A stretch of DNA of 61,746 nucleotides from a virus (lineage: Duplodnaviria > Caudoviricetes). Positions 1-9,235 of this stretch are shown here, piece after piece. The translations under genes were made by a program, and so were the position numbers. The stretch is from positions 1-61,746 of the IMG/VR virus record IMGVR_UViG_3300036783_000190. One strand, given 5' to 3'. Every line of letters begins with the position of its first letter. The stretch's first letter is position 1. The notes below the pieces were generated by a model, which ran no database searches, was not told the origin of the DNA, and saw only the letters and a list, made by a program, of their open reading frames with translations.

Positions 1-511
1 CGTATTTCTGAGCACCTTTTAATGATCTTTCTTGTGTTTGTAAAATAACCATTACATAGTCACTAGCGACTAATGCACTGTCTGCAAATTTATTTAATTG
101 TGGTGGCACATCGATAAAAATGTAATCATAATTTTCTTTGATTGCACTTAATTGTTTTGCGAAATATGTATCTTGTGAGAAGTCATCCTCAAAATTTCTG
201 AACAAGAACTTTTCGTATGTTTGTAAATCTTCGTAAGAAGGAAGTAAGTCTAAGTTAGGCAGTACATTAATTAGCGCACTCTGTAAGTTTGCATCTATAA
301 GTGACATAGCTAATGTTCTTTTGAATTCTGGCTCGATTGAATATATTTTTTTCATTGTGTTAAATAGTAAATCAGTCGCATTTGCTTGGGGATCTAAATC
401 TACTAATAGAGTTTTCTTTCCTTGTTTTGCGAATGTATAAGCTAACATTACAGCGTTGGTAGTTTTTCCAACTCCACCTTTGAAGTTCCCAGTTGTGATA
501 ACCTTGCACAT
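1..511 (-). CDS. parA: ParA/Soj-family partition ATPase, 5' part (runs off window start); copy 1
   Basis: Near-identical to the 5' part of ORF 51743-52570 (deviant Walker A KGGVGKTT); ATG at 511. Confidence 0.9.
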   Translation of the reverse strand, partial: MCKVITTGNFKGGVGKTTNAVMLAYTFAKQGKKTLLVDLDPQANATDLLFNTMKKIYSIEPEFKRTLAMSLIDANLQSALINVLPNLDLLPSYEDLQTYEKFLFRNFEDDFSQDTYFAKQLSAIKENYDYIFIDVPPQLNKFADSALVASDYVMVILQTQERSLKGAQKY

Positions 512-534
512 TTTCCGTCACCTCGTAAAAAAAG

Positions 535-825
535 TTTTTTTATACTTTTATAAATTTATAATTTGATTTTATAACACAACAAACCAACGGTAAAGTATAA
601 TTTTATAATTTTATACTTTTATAAAAAGTTTAAAATTAAGTTGTAAATAGATGATAGTTTTTAAAAGCTATTTTCAAAATGTTATATTATCAGGCTTTAT
701 CAGCGTATTTTTTATAAAAATATACTTTTATACTTTTATAAAAGTATAAAAGTATAAAAAAAATTACGTTCTCTTTTTGAAAAACTAGTTTTTTATAAAA
801 GTATAAATTTATAAAAGTATAAAAA
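535..825. repeat. AT-rich TATACTTTTATA/TATAAAAGTATA repeat cluster, candidate parS centromere/operator
   Basis: Many direct and inverted copies upstream of parA; also at 51300-51350 and 52595-52885. Confidence 0.6.
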
Positions 826-874
826 TGAAATTAGAATTTTGTATATAGGGGAATGCAATAGGCTCATAGAGGTA

Positions 875-903
875 TTTACAAAGAAAAAAGCTTGTTGTAA
901 CGT
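875..903 (+). promoter_or_regulatory. SigA-type promoter for long leader/primer RNA
   Basis: TTTACA-17nt-TAACGT, conserved in copy 2. Confidence 0.55.
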
Positions 904-989
904 AGTACACAACAAGCATCATTCTACAAAACAAAACATAATTTGATATTTTACATAAACGAAGTTCGATAAAACAATTGAATATGAAC

Positions 990-1169
990 ACAAAACAAAA
1001 AGCCACTCCCGTATGCTAACGGCTACTAACCATTAGCGGGAATGACTCTTCTAGCTAGTGTACCACCACTTGGCTAGAAATGAACTGTATTAACCCACAG
1101 TGTTGACGTTTAAGTAGTGTACCACCACTAACCTTAAACAACTATGCCTTTTCACGAGGCTTCTTTGAT
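990..1169 (-). ncRNA. Antisense (countertranscript) RNA, ~180 nt, three stem-loops
   Basis: Minus-strand TTGATA(1204-1199)-17-TAAAAT(1181-1176); ends in hairpin + U-run at ~1001-990; sense-strand loops CTACTAA and GTACCACCAC x2. Confidence 0.7.
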
Positions 1170-1253
1170 ATACCCATTTTATCTATTGTTTGGATAAATA
1201 TCAACTAGTAAATACTAGTTTTGATTATTTTATAGTCCAAAAGATATATAACG

Positions 1254-1328
1254 GGCATCTCTAATCCTAGAAGTCTTGTGAATGTACAGGTCATTTAGGA
1301 ATTGGAGATGCCTTTTTGTTTTTTGTTC
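1254..1328 (+). terminator. Intrinsic terminator/attenuator
   Basis: GGCATCTCTAATCCTA...TAGGAATTGGAGATGCC followed by TTTTTGTTTTTTG; 3' side complementary to 986-1005. Confidence 0.75.
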
Positions 1329-1885
1329 GCGTGGAATTGCCTGATACCACGTAAATAAAAACTGATAAGCCGTAATTCCGTGCTTCTATATAGAGGGAAC
1401 GTGTTACGGCGTGGCTAGCTGTTGGTCGTGCAGGGGGTACAGAGTATGCGCCTACAAAAACAGCACCCCTCGCTGGAATCCTGTTCTTCTGGTGAGGGTG
1501 GGCGAGAACTTGCCCAGGGACGATTCTCTAAAAGGTTCGGGTGGTTATCGTTAGCATCACGGTGCTAGGGAGTACATTCAGTTTGTCGTGTAGGGACGAT
1601 ATTACAAGGACAAGCCATAGAAAAAGGATGTATGCGGTGAAGATCGCTGAGTGAACAGGGTCTATACATACGGAACACTGACTAAGCAAGGCATGAACCA
1701 AAGACACTTATCCATTCTATTCTGATTGATTACTTTTTTGTAGTCTTTCAGCACAGGGGATAACTCTGCCAACCAGCCGTTTTCCTAACTTCGCTGCGGC
1801 ATGATAAAAACCCTCAAAACCTTCAGTCAAGGATAATTACGAAGATATGATGAAAAATATGAGATTGTTTAAGACCTGGGGGAAG
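1329..1885 (+). ncRNA. Conserved GC-richer structured non-coding RNA downstream of attenuator (putative replication primer/origin)
   Basis: No ORF >=60 aa; many hairpins; conserved with 53395-53952 with pairing-preserving substitutions. Confidence 0.6.
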
Positions 1886-2023
1886 CACTTACTAAGATAG
1901 AGGAATAAATAAAGAGATTATAACTTACGTGGTTAGAGGATAAGGGGACGGACTGTTAAAATATCCCCTATTTTTGAATTTGGTTTTATCAGTCAGATAC
2001 AGTATGTGAAATTTTAAAGACAA

Positions 2024-2146
2024 CATAAAGAAAAGACACCCTAAGGTGCCTTCCTCCGACTTGAACCACTTTACTTTTAATAATATGAGTGTTGGATTCC
2101 CATCCAAATATTATTTTACCATGTTAAGTTATATTTTTCATTGAGA
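2024..2146 (-). repeat. Dispersed AAAGAAAAGACACCCTAAGGTGCCTT repeat/sRNA unit (full-length copy)
   Basis: Near-identical to 55799-55900 and 59176-59297; minus-strand TG-N-TAAAAT and terminator GGCACC-TTAG-GGTGTC-TTTT. Confidence 0.8.
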
Positions 2147-2160
2147 AAAAAGATTCAAAT

Positions 2161-3075
2161 CTATATTTTGTTCCCTTTTACTTCATTTGCTTTTTTTGTT
2201 CTGGATTCTTCAATTTGTTCAGATTTACTTTTAATTTCATCGGTAATTGCTATCTTGATACTTCCTTGTGCTTTTTTATATTCTTGAATTAAAGAATTAA
2301 CATTCTGATTAAATGAAATTAAGCTGCCAGTTGGGGAAGTCATTTGTTCATTGAGCGCCGTTATAATACTATATATCTTTTTATATTCTTCATACACTTC
2401 TTTATATTCTTTTGGGTGTTCTTTTGAAGCCTCTGAAACTAGTTTTAATTGCTGTCCCATTGCCGTATGAAGTAAATCAGCATGTTTGATCATAGGTTCA
2501 GATTCCACTTTTTTAGAAACTAATTCCACATTAAAGTCTTTTCGATTAGTAATTGCTTCGGACCATGTAGTGGAATACCCAGATAAAACTAACGTTGAAA
2601 ACATTTCGAAGGAATCAATGTCATTGTAAAAGTTAGCTGCAGCCATTAAATATTCATTATCTTTCTTTCTCTGTTCGGCCGCTTCTTGATGTTCTCTTTC
2701 TATATTCCCGACTGCAAAACTAATTCCTGTAAGTATAGCGATCGCTGCAACAGACGTTGCGAATGAAACAGCTGATTTAATAATTAACTTTCTGGATTCT
2801 GTCTTTTTTATTTTTTTCACAATGCCGATAGATAGAAAAATTAAAGATGCGACAAATGCGATAATACTGAACCACGCTAAGGTTCCTCCTACCGCTTGAC
2901 CTAAAATATATCCAAATCCATATTCAGCATCGCCAAACATATTGAAACTATTATAGATTCCTCTTACAAAAAGTATTAAAAGTATTCCTATACTGCTTAA
3001 AATAAGCGTTTTATTAGATATTTTCATTTGCAGTCCTCCAAAATTTATATGTATTAATCTACAAAACAAAAGCAC
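2161..3075 (-). CDS. Membrane protein (3 N-terminal TM helices, helical C-terminal domain); start probably later (MKISNK)
   Basis: Hydrophobic segments in translation; GGAGG before internal ATG. Confidence 0.75.
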   Translation of the reverse strand: MLLFCRLIHINFGGLQMKISNKTLILSSIGILLILFVRGIYNSFNMFGDAEYGFGYILGQAVGGTLAWFSIIAFVASLIFLSIGIVKKIKKTESRKLIIKSAVSFATSVAAIAILTGISFAVGNIEREHQEAAEQRKKDNEYLMAAANFYNDIDSFEMFSTLVLSGYSTTWSEAITNRKDFNVELVSKKVESEPMIKHADLLHTAMGQQLKLVSEASKEHPKEYKEVYEEYKKIYSIITALNEQMTSPTGSLISFNQNVNSLIQEYKKAQGSIKIAITDEIKSKSEQIEESRTKKANEVKGNKI

Positions 3076-3112
3076 TCCTTCTTTCGAGCGCCATTGTCAC
3101 TTCTCTATTTTT

Positions 3113-3649
3113 TTATCCATTCTTGATTATTAAAGTACTTCTACACTTTAAACATTTAATTTTCTTGTGTTTGAATAACGTAATATTTTCTTTGTTGCAA
3201 GCTGGGCAAGTAACCGATTGTGGTACTTTAATATTTTTGTAACACAAGATGGCTATAAGCGCGAAGGGAATAGCAAACCAGAATTCCATTAGGACAAAGA
3301 AAGTAACAGATAATATACTCATAAGAATAAAAAATGGTTTCATTAATTTTCTAGCCCCATGATTCAATTTATTATCTTTTGTTTGAAAAGTATTTACTTC
3401 ATATGTACCAGGATAATATTGTTGTTGCTGATATTGAGAGTTTGATTGGGCAGCTTCTCTCTTTTTATTACTGATACGTTTTTCATAAGATAATCCAGTA
3501 CCAGGAATTGATGATGTAAGTCTAGTTCCAGATGGTCCTACACTAACACGAGCACCTTTTCCTCCTACGCTCATTCCAACGCCCTTGCTACTTAGATTAA
3601 CTTTAACTCCAGGAGCAACTTTGATACTTTTGCGAAATTTAAAGCCCAT
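3113..3649 (-). CDS. DUF4236-family protein with TM pair and C-terminal CxxC..CxxC zinc ribbon
   Basis: MGFKFRKSIKVAPGVKVNLS...PGTGLSY signature. Confidence 0.8.
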   Translation of the reverse strand: MGFKFRKSIKVAPGVKVNLSSKGVGMSVGGKGARVSVGPSGTRLTSSIPGTGLSYEKRISNKKREAAQSNSQYQQQQYYPGTYEVNTFQTKDNKLNHGARKLMKPFFILMSILSVTFFVLMEFWFAIPFALIAILCYKNIKVPQSVTCPACNKENITLFKHKKIKCLKCRSTLIIKNG

Positions 3650-4163
3650 AACATTGCACCCTTTCTTTAAAAAATGTAAGATTTCAACCCAAGCATAACA
3701 AAAACAGTTACATCTTTATTGTCGTATTTTGTCGAATGAAAATAAAAAAAGCCCTCAACAAATAGTTAAGGGCTGCGGTATACTCCCGCAATCTAGGAAG
3801 CTACGCTCCTAGCATGTGAATGATGGACCACTAAACGTTAGCAATAGCGGTTCATACTTGCGTATCGTAGCATATCTGTAACTAACATGTTATCAGCAAA
3901 ATAAGGGTCGTATTACAGTTAATGGATATGCAATATTGCATATTTCTAACGAACCGCATAAAATCAATACAAATAGTCATAATTTCACTAATTTCTGACT
4001 TTAGAAGAATATTTTACCGCTTTTATTGGAAAATGACGGGATGTAAGATATAGTCAAACGGACAGATAGTAAGCGTTTTACTTCGGTGTAAATGTAAAAA
4101 AGAGAGCGATTTGCCCTCTTACCACTGGTCAATGGAAAAGATTTCTTTTATGATGAAATCAAA

Positions 4164-4511
4164 TCACAGTATGTCTTTGTTGTTTTGCAACATTTTCACG
4201 TACAATGAAACTTGTTTTGCAAAACGCCCTTGCTGACGTCCGTCGAGCTCCTCGTAAGCTCTTTGGATATCGTTAAATAGTAATCCTAGCAACTCATCTT
4301 CTTTCTTGTTCTCGAAGTTAAGAAGCACGTCTGTGGAGGTGTTAAAAAACGACGCAAGTACCTTTAAGCTTTCAAGATCAGGTTCGTGACGATCAGTTTC
4401 CCAATTTTTGATCTGTCCGCGTGATAACCCTGTTCTATCAGATAATTGTTCTTGCGTTAAACCGAAAGATTTTCTGAGATTTTTAATGTTTTGTCCGACT
4501 GTAGTTTTCAT
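4164..4511 (-). CDS. XRE-family HTH regulator
   Basis: LRKSFGLTQEQLS...IKNWETDRHEP. Confidence 0.9.
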   Translation of the reverse strand: MKTTVGQNIKNLRKSFGLTQEQLSDRTGLSRGQIKNWETDRHEPDLESLKVLASFFNTSTDVLLNFENKKEDELLGLLFNDIQRAYEELDGRQQGRFAKQVSLYVKMLQNNKDIL

Positions 4512-4612
4512 AGTTTGAGTATAATAATTGCCTTATCACTATACCATAATTGGTCGATACTCTGACTTTTTAAATGCATAAAGGTATTTTTACAACCTGA
4601 GCAAATATCTAT

Positions 4613-4626
4613 AGAACAAATGTTTG
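4613..4626 (+). promoter_or_regulatory. Possible LexA (SOS) box at promoter facing aimR
   Basis: AGAAC-AAAT-GTTTG resembles CGAAC-N4-GTTCG; TG-G-TAAAAT at 4632-4640. Confidence 0.4.
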
Positions 4627-5005
4627 TTTAGTGGTAAAATATTCATATGGGTTCTTAAAACGTCTAAATGCATAATTGCATATTCAAATTATTTTAATTC
4701 GAGAAACGTTGTTACAGAGCGGTTTCTCAACTTTCTCAATAATAGTCAGATAACTCCACGACTGAATTTTGGGAAATTTATGTTATTATGAATATAACTA
4801 AAAACGGACGTAAAAAAGACTCACAGCGTGTACTAAGGTGCAACGAACACCATAGTACCGCTTTCCCTAAAGCGCTAGGGAAAACACCTACTGCAAGTCT
4901 TACATAAATTATAACACATCTTTTGAATGTAGTGACGCGTTTTCCTGTAAAAGTTAAAATTTGGGTATAACGTGTCTTTTGTTCCGAAAAAAGGGGAGCA
5001 AAGTT

Positions 5006-6163
5006 ATGCAAAAAGTGTTAAGTAAAATATCTGATGATATGAATAGTAAGAATATCAATAGAACCCAACTCGTGAAGAGGATAGATATTGATGGAGCGAC
5101 ATTATCAAGATTCTTAAAAGGAAAACATCAACTCATTTTTAACAAATACGGAGTGATTTTAAAGGAAGTTTATCCCGATGATATTAATGCGAGAAGGAGT
5201 TTTTGTCGCGAATATTCCAGCGTCTTGAAGAGACAGGGTAATAAAAAGATAGCTGTATATTATTTACTAGCACACGGTGAATTAGACACTGTATCGGAGC
5301 TGTTAAATGAATCAACAATTAAACATGATTGGGAAACGGTATGCAGATTAATATATTTGCGATACAAAGGTGATTTATCTGGAGATAGCTTATTAAAAGT
5401 TTATAAAGAAAAAGTAGAGGGTATTAAGTCAAAAAATGTTGAATTTGAGATTCTCAAGGGTATAGTTCTTCTTCATATTAGGTATGACCAGAAAAACTAT
5501 AAGTCGATGATTCGACTTTCTGAGGAATTACATGAGAAGGTCGAAGAATTAGAAGACGATTATGCTAAGGCCTTTTTAAAATTTAAAATACAAGAAGCTA
5601 CTATTTATGGATTGTTAACATGTAATGAAATCCAAAAACTAAGAAGTATATGCCATGGAATAATCAATGATGATAACTCAGACATGTTATTCCCTATCTT
5701 TAAAGCAACAGCGTATGGTGTACTAGGAGAATCGTATATTTTTACGGATTATCACAAATCGTTAGGTTATTTAAACTCTGCTACTAGCATTATAGTAAAT
5801 GGTCCTGGCAATCAAATGATGAAGCGGAAAAATATGATATTGAATACGGTCGACTTCTTGAAGATACATTGGAAGGTAGATCTGAACGATATTGAACCTA
5901 AAGATGAAGTTGAAAAGGCTTATTTAGAAATACAAAAAGGCAATGCAAAAAAAGCAATAAGTATTTTAGAAGAGGTATTGAAAACTAAAGGGAAGCTAGG
6001 TGCTTTTGGCTTAACTTATCTAGGAATAGCGAAGGGGAATGACCCACAAATATTAAGCGATGCTTTGGATTTATTCGAGCGATCTTCCGATATTTTTTAT
6101 TCGTATTTGGCGAAGAAAAACCTAGGCATAATGTCCCAAAAATGCTATAATTTAGTTGGGTGA
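5006..6163 (+). CDS. aimR: AimR-family arbitrium receptor (N-terminal HTH, TPR-like helical C-terminus)
   Basis: 385 aa from ATG 5006 after AAGGGGAG; HTH DGATLSRFLKG; followed directly by a secreted peptide gene and the repressor. Confidence 0.85.
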   Translation: MQKVLSKISDDMNSKNINRTQLVKRIDIDGATLSRFLKGKHQLIFNKYGVILKEVYPDDINARRSFCREYSSVLKRQGNKKIAVYYLLAHGELDTVSELLNESTIKHDWETVCRLIYLRYKGDLSGDSLLKVYKEKVEGIKSKNVEFEILKGIVLLHIRYDQKNYKSMIRLSEELHEKVEELEDDYAKAFLKFKIQEATIYGLLTCNEIQKLRSICHGIINDDNSDMLFPIFKATAYGVLGESYIFTDYHKSLGYLNSATSIIVNGPGNQMMKRKNMILNTVDFLKIHWKVDLNDIEPKDEVEKAYLEIQKGNAKKAISILEEVLKTKGKLGAFGLTYLGIAKGNDPQILSDALDLFERSSDIFYSYLAKKNLGIMSQKCYNLVG

Positions 6164-6169
6164 TGCTAA

Positions 6170-6319
6170 ATGAAAAAAGTACTATCGCTAATCACAAGCG
6201 TAGCGTTAGCTGGCGGTTTTTTATTCGCTCCTGCTGACAACAAAGAGCAACCGAAACAAGTTGCTAAAGAACCACAAAATACAATTATGTTTATGTCTGA
6301 TCCTGGGACAGGAATTTAA
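6170..6319 (+). CDS. aimP: AimP arbitrium pro-peptide MKKVLSLITSVALAGGFLFAPADNKEQPKQVAKEPQNTIMFMSDPGTGI
   Basis: Hand-translated; signal peptide plus C-terminal xSDPG motif typical of B. cereus-group arbitrium peptides. Confidence 0.85.
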   Translation: MKKVLSLITSVALAGGFLFAPADNKEQPKQVAKEPQNTIMFMSDPGTGI

Positions 6320-6335
6320 TTTAATAGATATATAA

Positions 6336-6378
6336 GAATGACGTCTTCTCTTGCAGAAGACGTCATTCGTCATTTTTG
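6336..6378 (+). terminator. Terminator after aimP
   Basis: GAATGACGTCTTCT..AGAAGACGTCATTC then T-run. Confidence 0.7.
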
Positions 6379-6383
6379 GGGTT

Positions 6384-6438
6384 ATTGAACTTTTTATCAG
6401 AAACGAAGTAAAGTTCAATGAATGTGAATTAATTCACA
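6384..6438. promoter_or_regulatory. Candidate AimR operator (36-bp spaced inverted repeat) plus 16-bp palindrome
   Basis: ATTGAACTTT-N16-AAAGTTCAAT (6384-6419); TGTGAATTAATTCACA (6423-6438). Confidence 0.5.
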
Positions 6439-6469
6439 AACTACTATGAGAACATTGGAGGATTTAGGG

Positions 6470-6607
6470 ATGGAACAAACTAACATCGAGAAAGAATTGG
6501 TAGAAATTGAAAATAACTTACAAGGTATCTTTAATGCGGCTCAAAATGGGGATGCAGAGTCTTATGAGATGCTATTAAAAATAAAAGAGGCGATCGGTAG
6601 CATTTGA
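6470..6607 (+). CDS. 45-aa AimX-position protein MEQTNIEKELVEIENNLQGIFNAAQNGDAESYEMLLKIKEAIGSI
   Basis: GGAGG RBS; lies after aimP terminator, convergent with the repressor. Confidence 0.6.
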   Translation: MEQTNIEKELVEIENNLQGIFNAAQNGDAESYEMLLKIKEAIGSI

Positions 6608-6612
6608 TGCTA

Positions 6613-6963
6613 TCAATCGCCTGATATTTTAACTAGTTGTTTTATCATCTCAATTAGTTCTTTTTGTTTGTCTGGGTTTTTAGAACGTATATCTATCATT
6701 ACTTGTTCTAAGTCGTCTTTAGCTACTGATTCAGGATTCTTTTCGTCAGATTCTCCTAATACATAAGAAACCGATACATTAGCAAGCTTCGCGATTTCTA
6801 AGCTCATCTTTTTAGATGGGCATTTTGTACTTTCTTCATTCTCCCACATAGAAACAGCAGATCTGCTCTGTATTCCTAACGCTTCAGCGAATTCTCTTTG
6901 GCTAAGTTTTAGTATGTCAGTCCTTATCTCTTTAACACGTCTACTAATTAATTTGTAGTCCAT
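6613..6963 (-). CDS. cI-like phage repressor (XRE HTH, no visible autopeptidase domain)
   Basis: HTH LSQREFAEALG..AVSMWEN; divergent from cro. Confidence 0.85.
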   Translation of the reverse strand: MDYKLISRRVKEIRTDILKLSQREFAEALGIQSRSAVSMWENEESTKCPSKKMSLEIAKLANVSVSYVLGESDEKNPESVAKDDLEQVMIDIRSKNPDKQKELIEMIKQLVKISGD

Positions 6964-7061
6964 TCTTTTTATTCCCCTTAATATTTATTAGTAACTTTTA
7001 CTTACTAACACTAAAAATAATTATATAAATACATTTCCTATATCTTAAATTTAACAAATTT

Positions 7062-7410
7062 GTTCTCAAAATGACAACACTTTTAAAAAAATTTATTTTT
7101 TTAAATTTAGGGGTTCTCAAAAAGAGACTCCCTATGTTATACTCAAATCAACGAAACGAACAAAGGGTGATACCGAATGAAATTAAACACGGAAAAGATT
7201 AGGGAGCTAAGACTTTCTAAAGGTTTCACGCAGGTTGAAGTAGCTGAAACAATGGGTTACACGAACAGAAACTCATATTCTCAAGTAGAAACAGGGAAGC
7301 GTGAACCTAACTTACATAGATTGTCTTTACTCGCTGGTTTGTATGAAGTTACTATTGATGAATTAACAAAGTAGTCTCTTTTTTTACCTCGCAGGTCTCA
7401 AAAAGAGACG
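7062..7410. promoter_or_regulatory. Three 17-bp repressor operators
   Basis: GTTCTCAAAATGACAAC 7062-7078, GTTCTCAAAAAGAGACT 7113-7129, GGTCTCAAAAAGAGACG 7394-7410. Confidence 0.65.
7177..7374 (+). CDS. Cro-like HTH protein
   Basis: 65-aa XRE HTH, first gene of the lytic operon. Confidence 0.85.
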   Translation: MKLNTEKIRELRLSKGFTQVEVAETMGYTNRNSYSQVETGKREPNLHRLSLLAGLYEVTIDELTK

Positions 7411-7439
7411 TCTCAAAAAACGAATAAGGAGGAAAGAAA

Positions 7440-8114
7440 ATGAATCAATTACAAGTTGTACAGCATCCAGCAAGTGAGTTGGTTTTCACGAAAGATAATG
7501 AAGTTGTAACTGATAGCACAATCGTAGCTGAAGTTTTCAACAAACGTCATGCAGATGTTTTGAAAAGCATTGAAACACTAAGTTGCACTAACGAATTTAG
7601 CGAACGAAATTTTTCGTTGGCCGAATACAGAGATGCACAAGGGAAACCGAGACCTAAATACTTGCTTAAACGAGATGGACTTATGTTCCTGGTGATGGGC
7701 TACACAGGAGAGAGAGCGGCGCAAATGAAAGAATCGTTTATAGATGAGTTTAATCGAATGGAACAATACATTAAACAGCAAATGTCTCCATTACAAATGA
7801 TCAACATTATGACATCAGAAATGATGAATCATGGTGATCGGTTAGGGAAATTAGAACAAACGGTAAATGAACGAATGACAGTGAATTACAGCCAACAACT
7901 TTCTATTAAAAATGCAGTGGCTCGCAGAGTATACAAGCTTTGGGAAGACGGAACAATCAATCAAGCGGTACATGACAACAAAAAGAAGTTATTCTCAGCC
8001 ATATGGAAAGACGTAAAAGCAGCATTCGCTGTAAATAGTTATTGTAACATCCGCCAAAAAGACTTCGATGAAGCTATTGGGTATATAAACGCATGGCGAC
8101 CAAGATTAGTTTAG
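7440..8114 (+). CDS. Rha-family regulator/antirepressor with ORF6C-type C-terminus
   Basis: TDS..VAEVFNKRHADVL..YLLKRDG..GYTG; C-terminal SYCNIRQKDFDEAI. Confidence 0.85.
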   Translation: MNQLQVVQHPASELVFTKDNEVVTDSTIVAEVFNKRHADVLKSIETLSCTNEFSERNFSLAEYRDAQGKPRPKYLLKRDGLMFLVMGYTGERAAQMKESFIDEFNRMEQYIKQQMSPLQMINIMTSEMMNHGDRLGKLEQTVNERMTVNYSQQLSIKNAVARRVYKLWEDGTINQAVHDNKKKLFSAIWKDVKAAFAVNSYCNIRQKDFDEAIGYINAWRPRLV

Positions 8115-8128
8115 GGAGAGAATTGAAA

Positions 8129-9118
8129 ATGACACATACAAAAATCGGTAATAAAGAATACAACGTTGTGACACCAAACGAACTTAAAGGCCTTTATGGG
8201 AATGAAGCAATTAAGTTTATGGAAATGTTATACGGCGAAGTAATGGAAATAAATTCTCCATTAGCGTATATGGCTTTTATTAAGATGTTTTCTTACTTCT
8301 CGTTTAACGAAAAGGGAAATGCACCTTATGAAAACATCATTGAAGAATACAACAAACATTTTATCAAAAAGTTCGGCGAAGAACTTGAAGAAGAAATTGA
8401 GGCTAAGAGAATGGCAGGTCATTTGGTTAACAACTCACCGTTTTTGTTTTTCAATGAAAAAGTTAACGACTACTTGATATCTAATCAACATCAAGAAGCT
8501 CTTAAAAAGATTGAACATACTTATCAATTTACAAAAGAGAGTTATTTAGAAGACTCAATTTATGAGGAAATTGAAAATTGGGATCATGACTACATAGTTA
8601 AAAGACAAGTGAAAGTCAATGGTGGAAGATTAGACCTTTTGATTGAAAGTAAAAACGAACTAATAATAATAGAGCTAAAAAAAGACAAGGTAAAAGGCAG
8701 ACATTTATATCAAACTTTGGACTATATGCTTAGTTATCCAGAAGACTACCCTAAGAATATTGAGATGGTTGTAGTAGGATACGAATTCACAGAACACGCT
8801 ATAAGGGTTGCTAAAAGATTAGGTATTACTTGTGTTAAATACGATGTATTCCAGTGTATCGACAGTAGATTTTTATTTCTAAGTTTCAATTTTGAAATAC
8901 TCCCGATTAAATTCTCAGGGTTTAAAAACTTTATAACAGATGTGTGTCAAGGAGATACAGGAATGTTGATTGAACATCCGTTTTTCAAAGAGAAAAATTC
9001 GGACTACGCAAGAAGAATCATCAAGGAACAAGGAAAAATACTAGAACAACAACAGGAGCATGTAGAATTTCTTATTGGAAAACTTCAAAATCATATCAAT
9101 AAGAATGGAGCGGTGTAA
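8129..9118 (+). CDS. Protein with NucS-like PD-(D/E)XK endonuclease domain
   Basis: RQVKVNGGRLDLL..IIIELKK..HLYQTLDY; RBS GGGAGAG before ATG 8129. Confidence 0.65.
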   Translation: MTHTKIGNKEYNVVTPNELKGLYGNEAIKFMEMLYGEVMEINSPLAYMAFIKMFSYFSFNEKGNAPYENIIEEYNKHFIKKFGEELEEEIEAKRMAGHLVNNSPFLFFNEKVNDYLISNQHQEALKKIEHTYQFTKESYLEDSIYEEIENWDHDYIVKRQVKVNGGRLDLLIESKNELIIIELKKDKVKGRHLYQTLDYMLSYPEDYPKNIEMVVVGYEFTEHAIRVAKRLGITCVKYDVFQCIDSRFLFLSFNFEILPIKFSGFKNFITDVCQGDTGMLIEHPFFKEKNSDYARRIIKEQGKILEQQQEHVEFLIGKLQNHINKNGAV

Positions 9119-9121
9119 GCA

Positions 9122-9235
9122 ATGGAAGAAAGCACATTCTCACATTTCATGATACTGGTTATATTCATTGGGATTGCAGGATTCATTCGTCTGATGGATT
9201 GGATAGATAGACGGTATATAAGGGATGAAAGTTGA
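9122..9235 (+). CDS. 37-aa single-TM peptide
   Basis: Hand-translated MEESTFSHFMILVIFIGIAGFIRLMDWIDRRYIRDES. Confidence 0.55.
   Translation: MEESTFSHFMILVIFIGIAGFIRLMDWIDRRYIRDES

Larger units (their letters stand above)
1..2020. repeat. Diverged direct repeat of parA + AT-rich repeats + replicon RNA region (other copy 52060-54220)
   Basis: Position 1 aligns with 52060; similarity continues with SNPs and indels to about 2020/54220. Confidence 0.95.

Noticed and set aside
1-2020. Repeat as simple circular-contig overlap
   Set aside because: The copies differ by many substitutions and indels and are followed by different genes.
1925-2107. 60-aa ORF over the dispersed repeat
   Set aside because: It runs through a terminator and is not preserved as an ORF next to the other repeat copies.
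2161-7000. Integrase/attachment site in the lysogeny module
   Set aside because: No tyrosine or serine recombinase motifs recognised in any ORF.
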